Source: an uncultured Bacilli bacterium
Lineage (GTDB): Bacteria; Bacillota_I; Bacilli_A; RF39; UBA660
Reading direction: 5' to 3'
Assembly: GCA_947586205.1 (NCBI GenBank)
Contig: CANPXO010000002.1
Location: forward strand, 397 to 64,396
DNA: 64,000 nt
Shown here: one piece after another, positions 28,755 to 37,533 of the stretch
Position numbering within the stretch: the first letter of the stretch is position 1
Layout of the letters: the number at the start of each line of letters is the position of its first letter
Translations under genes and position numbers: made by a program
The notes under the pieces: generated by a model
Told to the model about the DNA's origin: nothing
The model's database searches: none
The model's input: the letters and a program-made list of their open reading frames with translations, nothing else

Positions 28755-28784
28755 TTGACATACTACATTAGAATGTAGTACAAT
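28755..28784 (+). promoter_or_regulatory. promoter TTGACA-18-TACAAT with a palindromic operator in the spacer
   Basis: TTGACA (28755-60), TACTACAT-taga-ATGTAGTA (28761-28780), TACAAT (28779-84). Confidence 0.55.
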
Positions 28785-28807
28785 GAGCTAGTAAGATAGG
28801 TGAGTAT

Positions 28808-30175
28808 ATGAAACTAAAAAAGTTTAAAGAAAGAGATAACAAACAAATTGGAATTATTATATTTACGATAACTTGTATTTTGTTAGTCAGTGGAGTCATG
28901 CTCTATCAAACGTTTGCAATTTTTGAAGTCAAAACAAGCCAAAATGTGATTAAAGGAACTGTACAAGACCCTGGAGATATTTATTTTGCTTATTATGTAG
29001 ATGATGTAATACAAAAGGATATGCCTCAAAAAAATGAAGGATATATTTTAGATGAAGAAAAAAGTTACTGTGGAGAATTAGGCTCAAAAGATGAATCTAT
29101 CATACCTACTTTAAATGAAGTAGATTGGTCAATTACAGTAAAAGGAATGAAGACATCAAGAACCAAATGTAATTTATATTTTAGAAAATATTATAAAGTA
29201 AAAGTAGATGAACAAGAATATCAAGTACAAACGTCATCTAAAGAATTAACGATAGAAACCTCAAGAAATATATTATTATGTAATAATGGAATAACTGCGA
29301 AAGAAGAGACAGATGGTATTCATTTAAGTAATATTACAAAAGATAGTACATGTAAATTTTACGGGACATCAGCGGAGGCTATAAATAATATGAATGATAG
29401 TAAAAATTACATTTTGTTTTTAAATGATGAAAGTATACAAAGTACTATGACTATTCCAGAAGAAAAAGAAGTTACAATTGATTTAAATGGACATACAAAA
29501 AACGGAACTATAGATAATTCGGGGACTCTATATTTAAAATCTAGTAATTTATCTGCAGGAAAAATTTTAGACGAGGAGTCGTTAATAACATTGGTAGATA
29601 ATATGTCGTATATGGAAATAGAAAATATGGAATTAAAAACAAAAGGTCATTGTATTTGGTTACATGATAACGCCTCTTCAAAAATAATTAATTCTAAAAT
29701 AAACGTTATTTATTCTAACACAACTCCAACAGGTCTTACTCTTAAAAAGAATACTGATGTAAATCTTATTAATTCTGCTATCGAGGCACCTTTTGGAATT
29801 AGAATTGACGAAAATGGTAGTATAATTATTCAAAATTCTAATGTTACTGGTACTTTTAGTAATGCACTTCAAAATACAGGCAACTATGTTAATGTGGTAG
29901 TAAAAGGAAGTTCTCAAATGCAAGGAAACAAACTTGGAATTTGGTTATCAAATGGTAATTTGACGTTAGATATTTTAGATAACCAATTTCCAATTATTAC
30001 GGCTGAAGAACAGGCAATATATCTTGGATATGGCTTTTTTGATTGGCAATATGGAGAGGCAAATGGAAAGTTTGAAAATGTCATACAAGGGGCTATATTA
30101 ACAAGACAAGGCACGACTTTAAAAACAGACAATAAAGATGGAATGTATCATACTTATTTACAAACTGTGTCTTAA
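28808..30175 (+). CDS. membrane-anchored surface protein: family N-module + parallel beta-helix-like repeats
   Basis: The N-terminal ~250 aa is nearly identical to 30487 and 56873. The central region has periodic x-I-x-N-S/T-x-I/V strands (TIDLNGHTKNGTIDNSGTLYLKSS, IINSKINVIYS, LINSAIEAPFGIRIDENGSIIIQNSNVTG). Family C-tail LTRQGTTLKTDNKDGMYHTYL. Confidence 0.75.
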   Translation: MKLKKFKERDNKQIGIIIFTITCILLVSGVMLYQTFAIFEVKTSQNVIKGTVQDPGDIYFAYYVDDVIQKDMPQKNEGYILDEEKSYCGELGSKDESIIPTLNEVDWSITVKGMKTSRTKCNLYFRKYYKVKVDEQEYQVQTSSKELTIETSRNILLCNNGITAKEETDGIHLSNITKDSTCKFYGTSAEAINNMNDSKNYILFLNDESIQSTMTIPEEKEVTIDLNGHTKNGTIDNSGTLYLKSSNLSAGKILDEESLITLVDNMSYMEIENMELKTKGHCIWLHDNASSKIINSKINVIYSNTTPTGLTLKKNTDVNLINSAIEAPFGIRIDENGSIIIQNSNVTGTFSNALQNTGNYVNVVVKGSSQMQGNKLGIWLSNGNLTLDILDNQFPIITAEEQAIYLGYGFFDWQYGEANGKFENVIQGAILTRQGTTLKTDNKDGMYHTYLQTVS

Positions 30176-30177
30176 AA

Positions 30178-30206
30178 ATGAGGAAAATATAAAATCCTCA
30201 TTTTTT
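30178..30206. terminator. bidirectional intrinsic terminator
   Basis: ATGAGGA-aaatataaaa-TCCTCAT is flanked by an A-run and a T-run. It sits between convergent genes. Confidence 0.7.
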
Positions 30207-30383
30207 GATGTTTTGATTTTTTCTTTCTTCTAAAAGTTCTTCTTGTTCTACGATAGTTTTTAACATATATTCAATTTGTTTATTAATGCTTCGATTATAT
30301 TTTGAAGCTAAATATTTGATATCTTCATATAAATCTTCTTCAATTCTTATTAATGTTGTAGTTTTATTTTCCATTGCTTTCAT
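30198..30383 (-). CDS. ribbon-helix-helix (Arc/CopG-like) DNA-binding protein
   Basis: TTTLIRIEEDLYEDIKYLASKYNRSINKQIEYMLKTIVE matches the beta-strand + two-helix RHH pattern. ATG at 30383 follows GAGGTGA. Confidence 0.6.
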   Translation of the reverse strand: MKAMENKTTTLIRIEEDLYEDIKYLASKYNRSINKQIEYMLKTIVEQEELLEERKNQNIKK

Positions 30384-30431
30384 GAAAATTCACCTCAAAA
30401 TAATGATATCAAAATGTTATCCAAAAAAATA

Positions 30432-30460
30432 TTTACAAAATGATAACGTTATGATAACAT
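30432..30460 (+). promoter_or_regulatory. promoter TTTACA-17-TGaTAACAT overlapping repeat and palindrome elements
   Basis: Direct repeat TGATAAC-gtta-TGATAAC (30441-30458) contains the perfect palindrome ATAACGTTAT (30443-30452). Confidence 0.45.
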
Positions 30461-30486
30461 ATATTAATATAAAGGGTGATTTTGTT

Positions 30487-31872
30487 ATGAGGCTAAAAAA
30501 ATTTAAAGAAAGAAATAACAAACAAATTGGAATTATTATATTTACGATAACTTGTGTTTTGTTAGTCAATGGAGTAATGCTCTATAGAACATTTGCCATA
30601 TTCGAAGTAAAAACAAATCAAAATGTGATAAAAGGAACAGTCCAAGATCCAGGAGACATTTACTTTGCTTATTATGTAGATGAGAAAATAAAAAAGGATA
30701 TGCCTCAAAAAAATGAAGGATATATTTTAGATGAAGAAAAAAGTTACTGTGGAGAATTAGGAGCAAAAGATGAGTCTATCAAACCTACTTTAAATGAAGA
30801 AGATTGGTCAATTACAGTAAAAGGAATGAAGACATCAAGAACAAAATGTAATTTATATTTTAGAAAATATTATAAAGTAAAAGTAGATGAAACAGAACAT
30901 CAAGTACAAACGTCATCTAAAGAATTAACGATAGAAACCTCAGGAAATATATTATTATGTAATAATGGAATAACTGCAAAAGAAGAAAGTAATAAAATTC
31001 ATTTAAGTAATATCACAAAAGATAGTACATGTAGATTTTATGAAACATCTACTGATGCTATAAATAGTATAGATAATACTAAAAATTATATATTATTTTT
31101 AACTGACGAAGAAACACAAAGTACCATGACAATTACAGATTTACAAGAAGTTACCATTGATTTAAATGGACATACAAAAAATGGAACTATAAGTAATTCA
31201 GGAACTCTATATTTAAAATCTAGTAAAGAGAATAAAGGAATAATAAATGGCACAATTACAACTAATAGTAATTCTCATACAGAAATTGAAAATTTAAAAA
31301 TTATAAGCACTAATCATAGTATTATAGCTAGAAATAATTCTTTTGTACATATTAAAAACATCGAGATATCGGTTTCAAATCCAACTTGGACTCCTGCTGG
31401 AATTATACTCTATTCAAATTCTAATGCAGAAGTAGTAGACTCTAAAGTCTATGCACCATTTGGAATTATTTTAGAAGGAAATCAAAATTCATTACTGGTT
31501 CAAAATTCTAATATAGAAACTTCTGGAAGTACCGCTCTTCAAGTTAGTAGTGGGATTGCCAATATCATGGTGGAAGGTTTATGTAAAATTTCTGGAAATG
31601 GAAATGGTTACGGAATATGGTCTAATGCAAACGCATCAAGTACTATAACTCTTAACATGCTAGATAATCAAATTCCGACTATTACTGCTGAAAAACAGGC
31701 AGCAATATATCTTGGATATGGAGTTCTTAATTGGCAATATGGGGAAGCATATGGAAAAAGAGCCAATAGTAGTACCCAAAGTGTCACATTAACAAGAAAG
31801 GGAACTTCTTTAACAACAGAAAACCAAGCCGGAACATATCATACTTATTTAAATCAAATAACTACAGAGTAA
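30487..31872 (+). CDS. membrane-anchored surface protein: family N-module + parallel beta-helix-like repeats
   Basis: The true start MRLKKFKERNNKQIG is at 30487, after AAGGGTGA. The listed ORF start at 30286 runs through the divergent promoter. Beta-helix-like repeats (IENLKIISTNHSIIARNNSFVHIKNIEISVSN.., LLVQNSNIETSGS). C-tail LTRKGTSLTTENQAGTYHTYL. Confidence 0.75.
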   Translation: MRLKKFKERNNKQIGIIIFTITCVLLVNGVMLYRTFAIFEVKTNQNVIKGTVQDPGDIYFAYYVDEKIKKDMPQKNEGYILDEEKSYCGELGAKDESIKPTLNEEDWSITVKGMKTSRTKCNLYFRKYYKVKVDETEHQVQTSSKELTIETSGNILLCNNGITAKEESNKIHLSNITKDSTCRFYETSTDAINSIDNTKNYILFLTDEETQSTMTITDLQEVTIDLNGHTKNGTISNSGTLYLKSSKENKGIINGTITTNSNSHTEIENLKIISTNHSIIARNNSFVHIKNIEISVSNPTWTPAGIILYSNSNAEVVDSKVYAPFGIILEGNQNSLLVQNSNIETSGSTALQVSSGIANIMVEGLCKISGNGNGYGIWSNANASSTITLNMLDNQIPTITAEKQAAIYLGYGVLNWQYGEAYGKRANSSTQSVTLTRKGTSLTTENQAGTYHTYLNQITTE

Positions 31873-32019
31873 AAAAAACAATATTTTAAAAAAAATACGC
31901 TACACCGTAAAAAAAGATTGAGTTTATAATTCAAAAGACTCCCTAAATGCAAAATCTACTTGAAAAAAGATAAATTTTGTTGTATTATCGTAAAAGTGAT
32001 TTGAGGGGAGAGAATTAAT

Positions 32020-33834
32020 ATGGATAAAATTATTAATATAGCTGTTGTTGCCCACGTCGATGCTGGAAAAAGTACTTTAGTCGATGCCTTACTAGAACAA
32101 AATGGGGCTTTTAACGAACATGATGAAATTGTTGACTGTGTCATGGATAGCGATACCATTGAAAGAGAAAGAGGAATTACCATTTATTCTAAAAACTGTT
32201 CCATTCATTATAAAGATTATAAAATTAACATTGTGGATACACCAGGCCATGCTGATTTTTCTAGTGAAGTAGAACGTGTCATTAAAACAGTAGATACTGT
32301 AATTTTAATTGTGGATTCAGCAGAAGGACCAATGCCACAGACAAGATTTGTATTAAAGAAAGCTTTAGAGCAAAATTTAAGACCAATTCTATTTATTAAC
32401 AAAATAGATAAATCAAATGCTCGTCCTGAAGAAGTAGTAGACATGACATTTAATCTATTTATGGAATTAAATGCAACGGATGAACAACTAGATTTTCCTA
32501 TTATTTATGGAATTGCCAGAGATGGAATTGCTCAGTATAGCCTAGATGAAAAAGGAACGAATATTGAGCCTCTTCTAGAAACAATTTTAAAACAAGTAAG
32601 TCCATATGAAGGAAGTGTGGATGACCCATTACAACTTCAAATTAGTAACCTAGAATATGATAATTTTTTAGGAAGACTTGGAGTTGGAAGAGTATCCAAA
32701 GGAATGATTAAGGTAGGAGAAACCGTTTCTTTAGTAAAAAACGATGGTTCTCTAGAGTCCTTCCGTGTAAATAAATTATTTGTAAACGAAGGAATTAAAA
32801 GAGTTGAAAAAAATGAAGTTTATTATGGAGACATTGTAACAATCGCGGGATGTGCGGATATTTCTATTGGCGATACTGTTTGTGATAAAGACCATCCAGA
32901 AGGACTTCCTCCTATTATGATTGAAAAACCAACCCTATCTATGAACTTTTTAGTTAACGATGGTCCATTTGTTGGAAAAAGTGGAAAGTTTTTAACAACA
33001 AGACATATTAGAGAAAGATTAGAAAGAGAATTACAAACCAATGTCGGTTTATTAGTAGAAGAATTGCCAGATTCAGATGGTTATAAAGTGAGTGGACGTG
33101 GAGAACTCCATTTATCCATTCTACTTGAAAACATGCGAAGAGAAGGTTATGAACTTTGTGTATCAAAACCAGAAGTTTTAATGGAAGAAAGAGATGGCAA
33201 AAAATATGAGCCATTTGAACGCGTCATTATTAATTGTCCAAGTGATTATCAAGGAACTGTTATCAGTGATTTACAAGAAAGAAAAGCAACTCTTGAAGTA
33301 GTATCCACAAATGCAGATGGTTATGCACATTTAGAGTTTTTAGCCCCAACAAGAGGACTCATCGGATATCGAAGTGCCTTTATTACGAATACCAAAGGCG
33401 AAGGTATTATGGTTCGTAGTTTTGAAGATTACAAACCATATGTTGGTCCAATTGAGGGAAGAAAAAATGGCGTTATGGTTTCTATGGAAAACGGAAAAGC
33501 TTTAGGTTATTCTTTATGGAACCTTCAAGATAGAGGAACTTTAATTATTGAACCAGCAACGGACGTTTATGTTGGTATGATTGTGGGAATTCATAACCGA
33601 GATAATGACTTAGATGTCAATCCTTGCAAAAATAAGAACTTAACAAACACAAGAGCAAGTGGTTCGGATGAAGCAATCAACTTAACAAAAGCAAGAAAAT
33701 TCTCTTTAGAAGAAGCGTTAGAATTTATTGAAAGTGATGAATATGTAGAAATTACACCAACAGATATTAGACTTAGAAAAGCAATACTAGACCCAAAAAT
33801 GAGATTTAGAAATAACCGAAATAGTGGAGAATAA
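32020..33834 (+). CDS. typA: translational GTPase TypA/BipA
   Basis: G1 AHVDAGKSTLVDALL, DTPGHADF, NKIDK, and EF-G-like domains. About 600 aa. Confidence 0.93.
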   Translation: MDKIINIAVVAHVDAGKSTLVDALLEQNGAFNEHDEIVDCVMDSDTIERERGITIYSKNCSIHYKDYKINIVDTPGHADFSSEVERVIKTVDTVILIVDSAEGPMPQTRFVLKKALEQNLRPILFINKIDKSNARPEEVVDMTFNLFMELNATDEQLDFPIIYGIARDGIAQYSLDEKGTNIEPLLETILKQVSPYEGSVDDPLQLQISNLEYDNFLGRLGVGRVSKGMIKVGETVSLVKNDGSLESFRVNKLFVNEGIKRVEKNEVYYGDIVTIAGCADISIGDTVCDKDHPEGLPPIMIEKPTLSMNFLVNDGPFVGKSGKFLTTRHIRERLERELQTNVGLLVEELPDSDGYKVSGRGELHLSILLENMRREGYELCVSKPEVLMEERDGKKYEPFERVIINCPSDYQGTVISDLQERKATLEVVSTNADGYAHLEFLAPTRGLIGYRSAFITNTKGEGIMVRSFEDYKPYVGPIEGRKNGVMVSMENGKALGYSLWNLQDRGTLIIEPATDVYVGMIVGIHNRDNDLDVNPCKNKNLTNTRASGSDEAINLTKARKFSLEEALEFIESDEYVEITPTDIRLRKAILDPKMRFRNNRNSGE

Positions 33835-33866
33835 AACTTCACTATTTTTGTGGGTTAGTAAAATTC

Positions 33867-33895
33867 TTGACAGAAGTGTACTTTTGTGATAGAGT
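33867..33895 (+). promoter_or_regulatory. promoter TTGACA-17-TGaTAGAGT
   Basis: It is duplicated almost exactly at 35717..35745, upstream of the paralogous gene. Confidence 0.6.
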
Positions 33896-33923
33896 AGACG
33901 TCATAAAAAAAGAGGGGGATGTT

Positions 33924-35666
33924 ATGAAAAACAAAAAATTGGAATTATTAAGAACTAAATTGGCTATGTTTGTTTTAGCAACAAGTCTAGGTGTTACAGC
34001 TCTAAGTAGATGTAATTCTGATAAAATATTATCTAGTGAAGAAATTGAATCTTGTATTGAAGAGACTCGTGATCTTGGACGGTATGCTGGTCTTTATAAA
34101 AAACAGGATGGAAACTGGGGAATTTATTTTACAAAAAATGATAAGCATTACGATTTTAAATCATATGAATATTTAAGTGAGCTCCATTTTCATACTATGC
34201 TTGATAGAGAACAAGAAGGCTTCGGTAGTTGGTATTCTTATTTGGTGGGGTATTTGCCTTTTAATAAGTGCAATTCTGATGTAACATACACTTTGAATGT
34301 CATAAACAATTTAACTGAGTCAGACATTGAAAAATTAAAAAGTGATTTTTTTGCAGAAAATAGTTTTCGTGCAAAGGATATTCAATTATTTTATATAGAG
34401 AAAATTGATGGAACAAATAAACAGGCAATTATAGGTTATCCTTTATCAGATACGGAAATTTTTAATATTGAAACTTGGCAGTCAGAAAATTATGAAGGAT
34501 ACGCGATTGTGAAAGAGTCTTGCGATTTTAATAACAGTTTTGTCTATTTGTCTGAAATATTAGGCTATCTAAATGAAAAAAAGAATAACATAGAAGTGTC
34601 GTCAATCGAAGCAGAAACATTTTCAACAGAAGATGAAGAAATTCAAGAAGAAATGGAAACAACTCAAAGTTTCGATAGTGTGAATATTTTAGAAGACATA
34701 GAAGCTATAAATGAAACGGAAGAACAATTTAAAGAAACTACTGAAGCAGAAACATCTTCAGTAGAAAACCAAGACAATCAAACAGAAATAGAAACAACTT
34801 CAAATTTAGAGAGTATAAATATTTTAGAAGAAACAGAAAACATAAACGAAACAGAGCCTTCATTAGAGGCTGAAAAAAATGTGGGATATGAAATTCACTC
34901 ACGAATGGCAAATTCGTATATTTACATAAAAGATAATTTGACGTCCGAAAATTTAACAGAAGAAGAAGTTCTTGATTTTCTCATAAATCAAAAGGATAAA
35001 ATAGATACTATAACGATAATGAATCTCACAAGTGACAATAATAAATCAAATATTGAAAAGATTTTAAAAGAGATTTCTAAAAATAATTATATAACATCCT
35101 TAAATTTCAGTGGATTTGAAAGCTTAAATCTTTCTGATGTTTTAACGATACCTCAGTTAAAAGATTTGCAATTAACATCATGTATTTTGGAAGATGATGC
35201 GCAATTAAATCAATTTACCCAATTGGAAAGTTTATATTTATATGATAATAATGTAAAGGATTTAAATATAATTTCTAACTTGACTCAATTACAAGATTTG
35301 ACTATTTTAAATAAAGGGACAGAATTAACTAATATAGAAATATTAAAAAAGTTTGAGAATTTAAATTATTTATGTTTAATGGATTGTAATCTTTCTGACG
35401 TTAGTGCATTATATGATTTAAATCACTTAATGTTTTTAAATTTAGAAGGCAATCCAATCCAAAATCTAAGCAAACTTACAAATATGAAATCTGCACCAAT
35501 AATTTATTTAACAGATAAAGCAAATTTAAGTGACTTAAAGTCTTGTATGGAAGAATTAACAGAAAAGGGAATAAACATTTATTGTGACTCTAATGGTAAA
35601 GCTAACTTAATAACAAAAGAATATTTAGAACAAAAAGAAGAGGCTCAATTAAAACTTAAGAAATAA
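33924..35666 (+). CDS. secreted leucine-rich-repeat (internalin-like) protein with acidic tandem repeat
   Basis: Start MKNKKLELL at 33924 after GAGGGGGA. Signal-like N-terminus. C-terminal 22-aa LRR periodicity (LxxLxxLxLxxNxIxDL..). The shared C-tail resembles that of 35775. Confidence 0.7.
   Translation: MKNKKLELLRTKLAMFVLATSLGVTALSRCNSDKILSSEEIESCIEETRDLGRYAGLYKKQDGNWGIYFTKNDKHYDFKSYEYLSELHFHTMLDREQEGFGSWYSYLVGYLPFNKCNSDVTYTLNVINNLTESDIEKLKSDFFAENSFRAKDIQLFYIEKIDGTNKQAIIGYPLSDTEIFNIETWQSENYEGYAIVKESCDFNNSFVYLSEILGYLNEKKNNIEVSSIEAETFSTEDEEIQEEMETTQSFDSVNILEDIEAINETEEQFKETTEAETSSVENQDNQTEIETTSNLESINILEETENINETEPSLEAEKNVGYEIHSRMANSYIYIKDNLTSENLTEEEVLDFLINQKDKIDTITIMNLTSDNNKSNIEKILKEISKNNYITSLNFSGFESLNLSDVLTIPQLKDLQLTSCILEDDAQLNQFTQLESLYLYDNNVKDLNIISNLTQLQDLTILNKGTELTNIEILKKFENLNYLCLMDCNLSDVSALYDLNHLMFLNLEGNPIQNLSKLTNMKSAPIIYLTDKANLSDLKSCMEELTEKGINIYCDSNGKANLITKEYLEQKEEAQLKLKK
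34608..34877 (+). repeat. in-frame tandem duplication, 2 x 135 nt (45 aa), acidic
   Basis: EAETFSTEDEEIQEEMETTQSFDSVNILEDIEAINETEEQFKETT versus EAETSSVENQDNQTEIETTSNLESINILEETENINETEPSLEAEK. Confidence 0.7.
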
Positions 35667-35716
35667 CCATAGGAATAAGCTAAATGCTCTGTTCCTTTTT
35701 TGATTGGTAAAAATGC

Positions 35717-35745
35717 TTGACAGGAGGGCGTTTCCGTGATAGAGT
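35717..35745 (+). promoter_or_regulatory. promoter TTGACA-17-TGaTAGAGT (copy of 33867..33895)
   Basis: cttgacaggagggcgtttccgtgatagagtaaaca aligns with cttgacagaagtgtacttttgtgatagagtagacg. Confidence 0.6.
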
Positions 35746-35774
35746 AAACATCATCAAAAAAAGAGGGGGATATT

Positions 35775-36914
35775 ATGAAAAATAAAAAATTAGAATTATT
35801 AAAGAAAAAAATAACAATGGTTGCATTAGCAACAAGTTTAGGATTATCATATGGGACTATTGCTCAAGCAAATACTTATAAAAAGAATGAGAAAAATTCT
35901 AAAGAAATTTTTGTGTTACCAGTAAATGAAACAAAATCTGTGGGCACTCCTAATAAAAATGTTTGTATTTATAAAGATTCAGACGAATATCTTATAAAGC
36001 TAAACATAGAACAGAAAAAATGTTTTATCACTTTGATGGAAGAAAACATTTCTGAAAAATCGCAAAAAGAAATATTAGAATTTTTAAATAAATATAATGA
36101 AACTATTTATTCGCTAGATATCGATGCAAATTGTTATATTACCAATAACAAGCGTGAAGCGAGAGAAGTAGATAAAGCATTTTTGAAAGAAATGGTAACA
36201 CTAGATAATTTACAAGATTTAGATTTGCATAGAATAAAAAATTTAGATATATCTATATTTAGTGATATACCTGTAAAATCATTATTTTTAGGTGGATGTA
36301 CATTTTATGATTGTAAGAAATTTTCGGAGCTTTCTCAACTTGAAACTTTATCACTTTTCAGTTGTGACATAAGTGATATTAAATCAATTACATCATTAAG
36401 TCAATTAACACAACTAAATATTTTTGATACAGCACAGTATAATAAACCATTAGAAAATATTCAAGAGATTAAAAATATGACCTCTTTAAAAATATTGGGA
36501 TTAAGCGGCAACAAAATAAAAAATATCGAAGCATTATCAAACTTGCAAAGTATACAAACTTTGGATTTATCAATGAATGAGATTTCCGATATTACCCCAT
36601 TATCTAAATTAAATCAATTAAAATATGTGAATTTAAGCTATAACGTCATTAAAAGCATAGAACCTTTAATTGGATTACAAGAATTATATGAAATTAGGCT
36701 TAATGAAAATCCTATTATAGATTTGAGTGTATTAAAAGATATGAAGTCTACACCAAAAATATATTTAAATGACAAAGCAGATTTAAATGATTTAAAGCTT
36801 TGCATAGAAGAATTAACTGAAAAAAATTTTATGATTTACGATGAAGATTTGAATGATATAACCAAAGAGTATTTTGAACGAAAAGAAAAACTTCAATTAA
36901 AACTGAATAAATAA
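35775..36914 (+). CDS. secreted leucine-rich-repeat (internalin-like) protein
   Basis: Signal peptide MKNKKLELLKKKITMVALATSLGLSYGTIAQA. LRRs (LSQLTQLNIFD.., LKILGLSGNKIKNIEALSNLQSIQTLDLSMNEISDITPLSKLNQLKYVNLSYNVIKSIEPL). C-tail KSTPKIYLNDKADLNDLKLCIEELTEK. Confidence 0.7.
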   Translation: MKNKKLELLKKKITMVALATSLGLSYGTIAQANTYKKNEKNSKEIFVLPVNETKSVGTPNKNVCIYKDSDEYLIKLNIEQKKCFITLMEENISEKSQKEILEFLNKYNETIYSLDIDANCYITNNKREAREVDKAFLKEMVTLDNLQDLDLHRIKNLDISIFSDIPVKSLFLGGCTFYDCKKFSELSQLETLSLFSCDISDIKSITSLSQLTQLNIFDTAQYNKPLENIQEIKNMTSLKILGLSGNKIKNIEALSNLQSIQTLDLSMNEISDITPLSKLNQLKYVNLSYNVIKSIEPLIGLQELYEIRLNENPIIDLSVLKDMKSTPKIYLNDKADLNDLKLCIEELTEKNFMIYDEDLNDITKEYFERKEKLQLKLNK

Positions 36915-37035
36915 ACCACAGGAATAAGCTAAAAGCTTGTTCCTTTTTCGTGTCTTAAAGATATGTATAAGAAAGACTTTCAAAAACATAAAATTTAATG
37001 TATAATAAGGATACAAAATTGAATTGGGTGAGTAT

Positions 37036-37530
37036 ATGAAAAAAATAAAAGATATTTGGGATAACAATCGAGTATTGTTTATTCTAAGCTTTATTATTCT
37101 AGCGTGTCTTGTTACAGTCGCGATTGTCTGTGTAACAATGTTTTTTGGAGGAACCAAATCTCCTTATGGTGATAGACTAGATGGTATGGAAGAATATGCT
37201 TTAAAAGACGAGGATAAAGAAGGAATTATATCTAAAATAAAAGAAAGTGATACAGTTACAAATGTGGATGTTAGAACACAAGGAAAAATCATTTATATTC
37301 GGATTGAATTTAATAATGTAACTATAGATAAAGCAAAAGAGGTTGCTGGAACTTCCTTAGAAGTGATAAATGACGACTATAAAAGCGTATATGATATCCA
37401 TTATACTTTAGTGTGTGCTGGAACAGAAGAAGTTGCCGGATTTACGATTATGGGAGCAAAAAACATCAATCGCTCCACCATTGTTTGGAATAATAATAAT
37501 CCAATGCCAGAACCTACGACGGAGGAATAA
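37036..37530 (+). CDS. N-terminally anchored hypothetical protein
   Basis: ATG at 37036. One TM segment (VLFILSFIILACLVTVAIVCV) followed by a ~120-aa soluble domain. No family recognised. Confidence 0.5.
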   Translation: MKKIKDIWDNNRVLFILSFIILACLVTVAIVCVTMFFGGTKSPYGDRLDGMEEYALKDEDKEGIISKIKESDTVTNVDVRTQGKIIYIRIEFNNVTIDKAKEVAGTSLEVINDDYKSVYDIHYTLVCAGTEEVAGFTIMGAKNINRSTIVWNNNNPMPEPTTEE

Positions 37531-37533
37531 TTT

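Noticed and set aside
30286-30486. Upstream 67-codon extension of the third cassette gene in the ORF track
   Set aside because: The extension runs antisense through the RHH gene start and through the promoter and operator. All paralogs start at M[KR]LKKFKE, and a good ribosome-binding site (AAGGGTGA) precedes the ATG at 30487.
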